A DNA stretch of 64,000 nucleotides from Acanthaster planci. Its lineage: Eukaryota. The notes beneath the pieces are model-generated. The model saw only the letters and a program-made list of their open reading frames with translations, was not told the origin of the DNA and ran no database searches. Position 1 is the stretch's first letter, and the number at the start of each line of letters is the position of its first letter. This document shows positions 1-11,000 of the stretch, piece after piece. The position numbers and the translations under genes are program-made. The stretch spans positions 1,883,107 through 1,947,106 of the forward strand of contig NW_019091355.1 of NCBI RefSeq assembly GCF_001949145.1, in the 5' to 3' direction.

Positions 1-881
1 GGCGAATAACAAGAATACTTACCGATGTTAACAAAATAATGCGCGGCCGAACACTAAAACTATACTGATAATACTAACATTAGAGCAGAGTGTTTTGAGA
101 TCTAGAAGGCACCCGAGACCACTGAAATGAAGTCTGCGAAATTTACGTCATTAAAAAAGGCACCCGACCTTTTTATCAAAGAATGCGTACCATTGGCTAG
201 TTGGAATTCATAATTTAATAGTAAAATTCCCCCTTGTCAATTTTAAATACTCCGTATCTTAAAACAAATACGTAAAAACAAAATCAATATAGATTTTCTG
301 AAATATCAGATGAATATAGTCTATTCACGCGACGAATTTTGTACAATAAAACGGCGTTTTGCAGTTCAAAGTCTGACCAATAGTGACAGTCAATGAGTCT
401 ATTTTGGATAAACGATCGGCTCACTGATCGGGAAACCACTATGAAAAAAACAACGGGTGCTATCAAAAGCGAGATAAGCGGGAGCTGAAAAGGTGTGGGC
501 TTTACATCACGGCAACAAAGTTAACAGTTAACTTCTTGTTGCAAAGCGGAAAGCTCCAAAAATATGTGACTCAGGATTCTTACCTTTGAAACAGTGTAGA
601 ATAAATGTAAAACACATTACATCAGTGAATGGGTGTAATCGGTACATGTACCGTTGACCCATGAGTGCGATATCGCCTGCCAAATATGAGAACATTTCAG
701 AAAGGCCTAGGCCGCTTTAGTACTTCAACTGGAAAAATTGAGATTGACAACCAAGTTAACAGCCTTGTGTTTCCCTGACAAAAAAGGCTGTGCAATTGAC
801 ACTCAAAACAACATTACTTTGTCTATATTTGGGGGGGCGGTATTATTATTTTTTTTTATCTTAACACCTTTGTTTCTTGAC

Positions 882-1105
882 CAGGGTGTATCAAAGATTT
901 TCAAAAGGGGACAGGGGTATTTTTAGGGTCACGGCCGTAAAATTAGGGGGGCTGGGTAACTGGAAGCATAACTGTTGTTTGTACGCTTTATCACATCTAT
1001 GGGGCCTGGGTCGCTCCCTTTTTTCTTCCCTCAACCTCTTTTCTTCTCTCTTTTTTTAATCTATGGCGAAAAAAGGGGCGCGCCCCCACCCCTGATCCAC
1101 CCCTG
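882..1105. mobile_element. Short non-autonomous DNA element (MITE) with apparent 5-bp TSD
   Basis: Ends CAGGGTGTATCA and TGATCCACCCCTG are imperfect inverted repeats; TTGAC is duplicated on both flanks (877-881, 1106-1110). Confidence 0.55.
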
Positions 1106-1586
1106 TTGACAGTGTTACGGTTTTCAAGATTTAAAATGTACATGTATTTAACACAACCGTATCGTGTAAATGTATTTGCGGAAGTTTTAAAGGCAAATCA
1201 ATAATGCAAAAGTCTATCATCGGGCGAATCATTTCACATCAGAGCTAGTGCAACATGGATCGAAGCTTGGAGACAGCATATTCCCGCTTAAAAGTCGTGG
1301 AACTTTTATCTATCATGTCTACACCTGGTGTTAACAGCAAGTGTATGATTTAACGAAAGAAAGCTGGCAAACAACCATGAACACTTACCGTGACTCCAGC
1401 CTTGAAAGGCAGTAAGCCAGCCAACTTTTCCAGAGCAATATTCGCGCTTGAGTCTTGGATGTTTGTGCCTTGGGTTCTGAAGTTTGCCAATTTTCCCGAA
1501 GTATTACATGTATATGATTTTTAGCTTTATTTTTTTGTTGAGGGTTTACCAGTTATTAGACAAATAAGCAAATCAATAACTAAATA

Positions 1587-1732
1587 TGGTGACCACGTAT
1601 TGGTGACCACGTATTGATTTGGTGACCACGTCTTTTCTTGCGACGTTGGCAAGTCAGCACGTTGCGAAAGGTATACACAGAAGTGGGTCCCCCGTGAAGT
1701 CCAACTTTGAGGTATTTTTAGAACTGCCACGT
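1587..1732. promoter_or_regulatory. SEC24 upstream cluster of CCACGT bZIP-type elements
   Basis: Three copies of TGGTGACCACGT (CCACGT at 1593, 1607, 1626) plus TGCCACGT at 1725-1732, about 350-480 bp upstream of the ATG. Confidence 0.45.
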
Positions 1733-2074
1733 TGAAAATGCCGGTCATTACGCATGCTCAGAACTGGGCGATGACGATGGGTTTTCCTTCAATGGCGACC
1801 ATCACATTTGTGGAATTCGCACTAGGAAGAGTAAAATTTACGCAATGTTTTGTACTTTAGGTAGACACTTTCTGATGAGTCTTTTACTCTTTTGACTAGA
1901 TTAACGATTTTTGTCATATTTTAGCTATAAGTGCGTCGTGTAAATGTCAGAAAATATTAATGAAATACGTAAAATTGCACCTTTCTTTGGATTGGCAGTT
2001 GGGGTTTTAACGCTGGTTCATTGACAACTCGACAACTCATCAGACATCAAGCTGTTTCATCATCATCAGACAAA

Positions 2075-5000
2075 ATGGCGAATCAACCACCACACGCCCA
2101 GGGCCAGGCGATGAAAATGCCCGGCACTGGCCCACCACAAAATTTTGCGAGCGGTATGGGACCGCCAACTTCAAGTGAGTCTCCCTCTCCTTAAATGTGT
2201 AATATCTTGGTAAAGTTAAACATGTTAAACATGATTAAAAAAAAAACTAGGCTTAGGTCTAATTTCTACCTCCATGGTCTAACTTGAACAGTTGAAAGGG
2301 ATTTAGGCCTACATGATTTAGGCCATTGTTAAATTTCCAACGCCGTAAACATGATGAACATGATGAACTATCCTGAGTAGCGAGTTAAACTTTGAATAAA
2401 CTCTTGTCGTGCTTGTTCACAGAGTTCTGTAATTTTAGGCCGTAGCTGTTGTTACAGCAGCCGTAACACATCTCCCATTTTCTATCGTTACAGCACTGCA
2501 GTTGTGCAAGCACGCCAACTTAAGCGCAAATTTCGGACTTGTTTCCCTTAAAAAAAATCCTCCAAAGCCTCCGATGAGAAAAGAAAAAAGATTCCTGCTT
2601 AGGCCTATAGGCCTACAATTAGAGACCAACATAAAAAAAAAACATTTATTTTATAAAACATGAAATTTAAGCCAAAAAAAATAAAACGGTCCAAGCTCAG
2701 ATTTGAACTCACACAGCAGTGGTTCCAAACCTTCCACTCGACCACTCGGCCACAAGCATTCAGCAGGTAATTTTAGAATATAAAAAACGTCGTGATGATC
2801 AGCTACGTCATCGCACTTGTGCAGTTCAGTGCCGTAACGATAGAAAATGGGAGATGCGTTATGGCTACCGTAACGATAGCCACTTCGTTAATTTTAAATT
2901 CATGTGAACATAGGCCTACATGTAACAATTTGAATTCTCCAGCATAAATAAAGACACTGTCAGTGAGTGTCACTGTTGCAACTAAGTATACCCCATGATT
3001 CAGGGCAAGCTTTTGCCTTGTGCTTTGTCCTGTTCCGTAAGACTAAGAGATGCCATGCACCAATTCTACGCCTATGGGCCTTTGTAAGCCTGTGCAGTTT
3101 TCACCGGATAAGAAGAGCACAAACAGGATTTTTTTTTCTTCTTTGAATTTTTGACTGTTTAGAGTTTTTACAGGAAAGAAAAGTCCAGCAGAATAGTGCT
3201 TTGGAACTGCCACCAGCTTGGCCTACATGTACATGTAAACATCCACTGCTAAAATTGTTGTTTAAAATCTAAACAGGGCCGCCTTTGCAGCAACCAGGAC
3301 CACCACCCCCAGGGGGTTACAATCCTAGATATCAGTCTGGAATTAACCAAGGACTGCCCCCCACTGCCAATGGTGCTCACTCGGGCAATCCATCAACATA
3401 TGGAGGACCGTTCCGTAGCCCCATGCCCCCAGTAGGTAATGCCAGAATGCAGGATGGTCCCCCGGCTGGTGCCCTGCCTCCTCAATTGAGCGGGGCATAT
3501 GCACCAAGACCGATGGCACCACCAACAATGCCGAACTCGAACCAGGTAGGACCCCCACCCACATCCAGAGGAGCACCCTCAAGTGACTTCTCCGCACACC
3601 CAGGAGTGAACAGTCCATATGCAAAACCAGGGGAAACTCCTCCCATACACGGCACGGGCAACCCGCCCTCATCACTACCCCTACAAAACCAGTACTCTGG
3701 CACCCAGCAAGTGAACTCCTTTCCCGGACAGTCGGGTCCCCCTTCAAGGACCAGCTTCTCCGGTCTCCCGACAGGAGCAACTTCTGGATCTGCCCCTGGG
3801 CCATCTGTGCCCAGGCCCGCATCAACTGGCCCCGGGCCCTATGGTCGACAGCCACCACAAGCTGCAACTCCTGGTTCAGTGGATTCTCCATCAACTCCCG
3901 ATGTGCCAGGGATGGAGAGAAGTTTAAATTCCTCAGGTGAGTTGGATGGGGTGAGATTGCCCAAAAGCGATCTCAAGCTTAGGAGTGGGCAGTGTTGCAT
4001 GTACGTGCCACTCTGTTCACCAGTGGCTTTGTGTTGCCAATCAGTATTGTATACTCATAAACCACTCATGCCGCACGCTGAAGAAAACTGACCAGTTTTA
4101 GGGAAAGTCCCTTGATGTCCACTCGTAAGATTTTCCATGTGGATGCATGTGCATCATAGGCAAAGAGTTAAATCTGTTTTGGAGTTGAGATCTAAAACAA
4201 ATGCTCAATACCGAAGCGTTGAAATTCTTTCACATACATGTAGTTTTATTTTGTCAAATCGACCAGTAATCAGTACACATTACCTTAGTGGCAGAGTTGA
4301 ACAGAGCTTTGTAAATCATACGACAGCGACCAGTTATGTTTTTCAAAACATACGTGTACGTACATGTACATGTGTGCACAGATCCAAGCTTAATACATTT
4401 AGTAATTTATCCTCTCTAAATGTGCTTAGCTTATTTTTATGCTCAAACGTTTCATTATTTTGCCCATTTTTTGCTGAATCTGCATGACTGAAAGCATGTC
4501 ATTATCTCTTTGTATCTTGAACAAAGCATTTTGTTTTGCCATCTAATTCATTTATAAACCTCAATCATTTTTAATTTGTGGATAAATCTTCCCATTCTGA
4601 ACATACTAACTATGTGCACTTTTGTTGATTACCCAATTGTAAATTATACCATTTAAAAATCTGACCAAATGTAAACCCTGGAATACATTGTATACCAATC
4701 AATGTCATTCATATTTTAATGGATCATGTACGAGGAACAACATGTATGCACACCCCTTTTGAATCATGAGTTTACGCATTCATTCGCAAACAGCTCTTGG
4801 GGGTGAATGGAAAATGTACAGTTGATGAAGTGAAAATGTCGAATTTCAGAGCCGTACTTTCCTATTCATGTATTCAGTGTAAAAAAATACCCTAACCCTC
4901 TCAAACCCTTCATAGTGTTCAAGGAATTTTTTTCTAAATACAAAAAGATTCCGCCCGGCCACTGTTACTTTACATCTACATGTACTGTATGTGGGGCTTG

Positions 5001-8000
5001 ATTCCCTTTGAAAGTGTAAATTCAAAGAATGTACATGTACATGTACAGGTGATTTTTTGCACGGTGGAGGATTTTATTTAGGATTCAGGGAGAGGTTCCC
5101 TTCATAAACAGTTGAAGTTATTCAATGAGGGTTGTAATATGTCTTTGTAAATTTCTGTTATGGTTTGATGCTGCAATAAGTCTGCCTGTGCACTCCAAGT
5201 TATTTTCACCTGCAAGTCATTAACCATTATTTTTTTCACGTTTTCCCCTGTTTACTCACATGCATCCGATTCCCTTCCCCCTTCTTAAACTTTACCGTCC
5301 GTGTGGCTGCATGGCTCATTTCTCCTGTCCACCCATGGCCAATTTCCACCCCCATCCAATCGACACACTTTGGGATTAAAAAAAAAAACACAATGCAAAA
5401 AGGGGAGGGCCTACAGGTACCGAAGTACCCCTCCATGATACGGTCGCCCTCCACGGGATCATTGGGCTCGCTGCCGATGCCCAAATTTCATCTGCAGTCA
5501 GCCTCCCCAACCGCCGAGCTGGCAAGCAATTCGCCAGGGGATTCAGGTACTGATAACACCTTCCAATTTACCCTGTTCTGCTGCTAAACTGGAATGTTGC
5601 TGCATGCCACTGGACCTTTCGCCTCAACTTTCTGCGACTTGAACGCGATCTGCAGGGTTCTTGGCAGTGTTGACCACTGCACCACGCTCAGGCCTAGAAT
5701 TACAGGGTACATAACGTGAGAGATCTACGTGTAGACTGTGTATGTCTCTAATGATTTGATTTTGACCACAGGCCCCACTAAAATACATGTACAACCTTCC
5801 TTCCAACTGCTTGTTGGAATGGGTCATTCCATGAGGTTGGGGCACAATTTGTGATGGTGTCAATTGTTACATGGGTTCCGTAAAAATGAACAGCTATTTC
5901 CCTGCATGTGGATTCCCAATTGACATTGTTATACATCTTGCAAGGCTGAATACAGAGGTGTGTGTTATTTTTACAGAGTAAATGACCTACTCTACAGGTC
6001 ATGACAGACGGTAAAAGTTACCCACATGTATGTAACAAGGACACCGTCGCAAATTGTGTCCCAATCTCATGGTTGACCCAATTAGGTAATTTGCTTTTGG
6101 CATGCAGGCTGTGACAGGTACATCATTTGTAAAGTGCTCAAGCCTTTTTTTTTTTTTTACTTCTTTAGAAGATTAAAAGGGAAAGTTGGTGATATATACA
6201 TGTAATTCAAACTTCTGTGCTTTACTTTTTTCAACTTCGTGAATAGTAAGGAAGTTTGGGCCTGTGCCCTTTTCAAAAGAGAAACCACCTCTCTACCATG
6301 GTCTCACCATACCCAGAACATAATTCCAGGCCTGTAGTTCTGCTTTGTCTCTTTTAACCTGCTTTGTTTTGTGTTCTTTTTCTTTCTGGGTTTCTTTTCT
6401 GTTGTAGTAAGCCTTTTGCGAGTTGAATTTGAATAAAATCTGATATACTGAGTTCTTTAAATTCACATGAGCATAGCAATTTCAATTAACCAGACTATAA
6501 ATACACTGTTGCTATAAATCATGATTCAGGGCAAGCTTTTGCTTAGTTACATAAGACACACCTCGCACCAATACACTGTTTTCAATGGAAGAAGGGCACA
6601 AAGGAACCCATCTATTTCAGAGATGGTGGTCGCTAAGCAGAAGCTTGCCCTGAATCATGGGGTATAGCAATAGTGTATTTAGGCTGGGAGATTCCGATTA
6701 TGTTTATGTGCAATCAGATAACTCAGTGTACCAGATTTTATTCCAAATTTAACTTGCAAAAGGCTTATTATATCCGTAGCTTTAAAGGGGTAGATGCTTT
6801 TGACTTGCAGTGATTCAAGAAGAGGCTTTGCATAATGGTGGCCGGATTAACAACACATCATGTACATGTAAATCATCACTCTTGTGCAGTAAACCCTTCC
6901 CTCAACTTCACATGGTCTGTCATTTCACAGTCATTAATATTCAAATGTAAAATTCATGAAAAGAAATGGAATTTTGCTTTTGTTTTAAACAAGAAAAATT
7001 GCACTGTGGAGGCTTGTTTCAAGCAGATTCAAATGAAAAGCGACAGAAATCTTACAATTCAAAAAGTAAATTATTCATTAAACAATTTGAAAGGAATAGA
7101 AATTTTCAACAGGGCAAGAAGTCTTGTTCATCTCTTAAATCTTGCTAGATCAGGGCTGGAGATACTCCTATATGTGAGAAGCTATTATAGTGATTATAAT
7201 GTACAATTGTGTTCGTTATCGTGACTGATTTTGCATATGGTTTGTTTATCAACAATCTGCCGGTCGGTCGGTCTGACCGAATATTCGGATTTTTGATTGA
7301 ACTGAAGGTCAAATATTAAAATAGTGAATTATTCCAATTGACACAGCCCTAATACCCATTAACTACTTGTGATAAACTACCAACTGTATAAAAATAAAAT
7401 CAAAATGCTACTATTAACATGTCAAGTAGAAATCTGACACCTCTCTTGATGCCATTTTGTTTTTGTGACTTGCTGGTGTTGGTACTCCTGTTCTGAAGTG
7501 TTATCTTTCATTACATCATGGTCCATTTTGCATGATAGCCTTGCTTGAGTTTGTTTGGTGTTGGGTGTTTTTTGCAGCTTCCTATCTAGATAAACATCCA
7601 GGGCAGTGATGTGTTACAAATTGTGGTTTCCTGTTTCTTCCTGTAAATCTTCATGGGCACCAGTGAATGTTCAGTAGACACATGTACAGGACACTGAACA
7701 AGTTTGCATTGAACAATAAGGTGCATGTACAGTACTTGTGTGCATACATCCATGCACTTTTATCATCAGGCAAACTTGAATTCTCCATTTGGATTGATCG
7801 ATCCATAGCAACAAACGGTGCGACATATAACTGTGTGGCAGAGTCCGTGTCAAACCCTGCGTAATGCGCTGTTCTAAATTCACGCAATGTGCTAATTTTA
7901 CACAAAAGCAAAACACACAAATGTAAAACAGACATACATCATGTGCATAATGATATACTTCTCCGCATACAGTAAAATTTAATTATCCTTAAAAAAAATC

Positions 8001-11000
8001 ATGGTATAACCTGAATGTAAGCCATGGAAAGAAATTGGCATTCATAAATGCAGTACTTAGCTAGATGTAATTTAAACCATGCTACAGTTTGTAGTCATGA
8101 AATATTTAGATGTCTGAGCACTTTTTGTCTCTAATTTCAACTTCTGTTGAAAGATTTATCAAATATATACTCACTTTCTAGAAATTCAATGTCATGACAA
8201 ATGACAAGTAAAGGCTTGTCAGATTGTGATGAGCGTACCAAAGTTATGGGCATTAATGCCGTCCCAATTGTTTTCTAAAATATACTTTCTAAATGAGGTA
8301 TATTGATACTGCATGAAAATCAATATTCATTCAGGCCACAGAAAAAGTAGGATACGCATTATACCTGAACATGTCCGTGATTAGTGCTGAACCAGCAGCC
8401 GAGTGTTGAAAGGCTTCGGCCTGTTTGGCTGCAGCAGTTGTTTCCTCAGCATTTCGCCTATCACAAGTCCTTTCACAAGCCCCTTCACAAGTCCAGTCAC
8501 AAGTCCAGTCACAAGTCCCTTCACAAGGCCAGTCACAAGTCCCTTCAAAAGGCCAGTCATAAGTAACAGGGTGAACAATGACAAAAGAATGCTTTTGTCA
8601 CAGGTCATTTGAATGGCTTAAGACTGAATGACTTGTGATGGACTTACATACATGTATTAACTTGAAGGGACTTGTGATGACTCGAATACAACACTGGTAC
8701 ACTGTCCGAAACGTTGAGTTCCTCACGGTTCTTTTTCAGAACCATACAGACTCACAAAGAGATCGTATCCTTGCATGGTGCTACCACAAGCTTTCCACCT
8801 TAGTTGTCTGTCACCATGAATAGCTTCAAATCCCATATATGAAATGTGTAGCTTTGCTAAATGTTTCTCCCAACTCAGGGTTCAAATATACACCTGTACA
8901 TGTAGCTGTAGCTCTTTGCCCCTGCTGACTTGCAAATCATGCTGTTCAGAACTTTATGTTCATCCATCGGTAATTCTTGATTTGTCTGATAAATAGGCAT
9001 CAAATCTAAAAGTCCTTGGGTTTCTGCATTTTGTCATCAGATTTCATAATTAGTATCAGATGTCGACGTGATTTTGTAACATTTTTATGTATTTTTTCTT
9101 CTGTCTGAAACAAAATGAAATTTGACCCCATATCAATGTGTGTATTGTATTACTTCACATTAGCATGGGGTCAGTGTACTGATAGATACATGGAATACTT
9201 ATTTCTCCATGATGGTATGTGGACAATACATGCACTTGTACATCCTTAATGGGAATAAACAGAATAGCGTGTGGTTTTATCATGTTTATGGGTGGATTTT
9301 ATGGATGATTGAATCCATATATAAGGATAGATGCACTTGTTGGGTTGGATTTTCTATGGAATTATCTGTCTCAGTTTTTTATCTGACATGAAATATGCAT
9401 TCTCTCCATGTCTGAAATCTTGATTGGCTGAATGTCAGGATAGGAAGCAGTGGCCGAAAGCTGCTCTCAGCATTTGGATAATTCCGGTAAAAAGTGGCAG
9501 CCTTCACGGAGCAATTTGACTAATGCCAGGGGGGCAGATGGTTATTCCAGAATGCAGCTCAGAGCAAACCAGTACGCACAAGGTCCATGCATTGCTGGAT
9601 CGCGTTGCAGATCTGCAGCCTGTTGCCATCCTCATTGCATTTAATACATGATGTAGCAGTGTGCCCTGAGATCAAGAGACAGTAACTGGGATTCTTGGCT
9701 GCGTCTGCAATAAACGTGTAATATTTCCTCTCACACTCTCAAGCTGTCATTTGAAATTGGTACGTGTTGTTAACTTGTCATGATTGGAGGTTTTGTTTTT
9801 CTTTTGATTTCTTTTTGGACCCATGTCCAGGTCCACCTTCTGCAAGGTCATCTGCAGCGCCCTCACCAGTTCCCTCACAGAGATACGATGCCTTGGAAGG
9901 TGGAACACCATACACTCCCAATTATCATCAAGGTAGTGACTGACAGCTCCCTTTACAATAGGTTTTTTTTTTCTAAATGGTTGACTTATATGACCCATCG
10001 TGTTGAGTCCAGACTGTTCCAACAAGGTTTGGCAGCTACCTGTTACGTCAGTCAGATGTGCAGAATTGCCTTATGACAGGTTTTGACGTCATCCTGGTTA
10101 TGGTTCATGGTTGGGAAAGTTTTGGAATAAACTAATAAGCATCTGTGGACACTTGTTCAAGGTATTAGTTAATTGAATATAACTGAACTGCAGAGAGGGC
10201 CAAACATCTGGTTCTTTAACCTGTGCTGAATCCATCTGACAAAATTGTGCGCATGCTTACCACACCAGTCAGGCATGATAAAACAGGTGATCCGTTCCTG
10301 TCTGTGAAGCTGATTTTCTAAATGGTGGGAACTGGTAATTTAATGACAAAATGTTAATTAGAGAATTGGAGCTACATGTAATTTGATAAAAAGCAATGTA
10401 GAGAAAAAAGTACTGGCTGCTTGTCGACAATTTCCCTGGGGAGGGGGGGAGTCTAGGTAGCTGTTTTGCACAGAGGAATGGTATTTAAATAATAGGAGAA
10501 AGTCTCCGATGAAGAAATTTGATCTTTGTTTTCTTGTTTATTTAATGTCTTTTCCTGTGGTGAAATTTATCCTCTTGGACTCCCGGATGTTCATTTCAAC
10601 CTAGTAATCAAGACTGGTACCGAAGGCATATTGTTTCATGCATATTTGTTGTTTGGTTGTTTTTTCCAGGCCCTCCAACACCAGGAAGTCAATACGGAGG
10701 GGCGCAGCTACCCTTTTCTCCTCTGGCAGGTCCTCCAAGGGCCGGAATCCCATCAGGTGGACACCCGCTAGCCCCCCAAATGGGTGGTCCCCCAACAGGT
10801 GGCCCCCCAGGAGGTGGTCCCCCAACAGGTGGCCCCTCAATGGGTGGTCCCCCAACAGGTGGCCCCCCAGTAGGTGGTCCCCCAACAAGTCGTTCCCCAG
10901 TGGTTGGTCCCCCAACAAGTCGTCCCCCAGTAGGTGGTCCCCCAATGAGTGGTCCCCAAATGGGCAGTCTACAGCGGAGTGGTATTCCAACTACTGGCCC

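Noticed and set aside
3343..3894. Long antisense ORFs over SEC24 exon 2
   Set aside because: They are shadows of a GC-rich Pro/Gly coding exon and have no independent features.
8381..8612. TSPF/TSPV repeat ORF as an extra SEC24 exon
   Set aside because: The phase-1 reading from the nearest acceptor hits a stop; a 12-bp minisatellite explains it.
10605..10616. Possible 12-nt microexon TAATCAAGACTG (VIKT) after an AG-poor tract
   Set aside because: It preserves frame but would leave only a 53-nt downstream intron with a weak GTACCG donor; the shortest supported intron in this gene is 141 nt.
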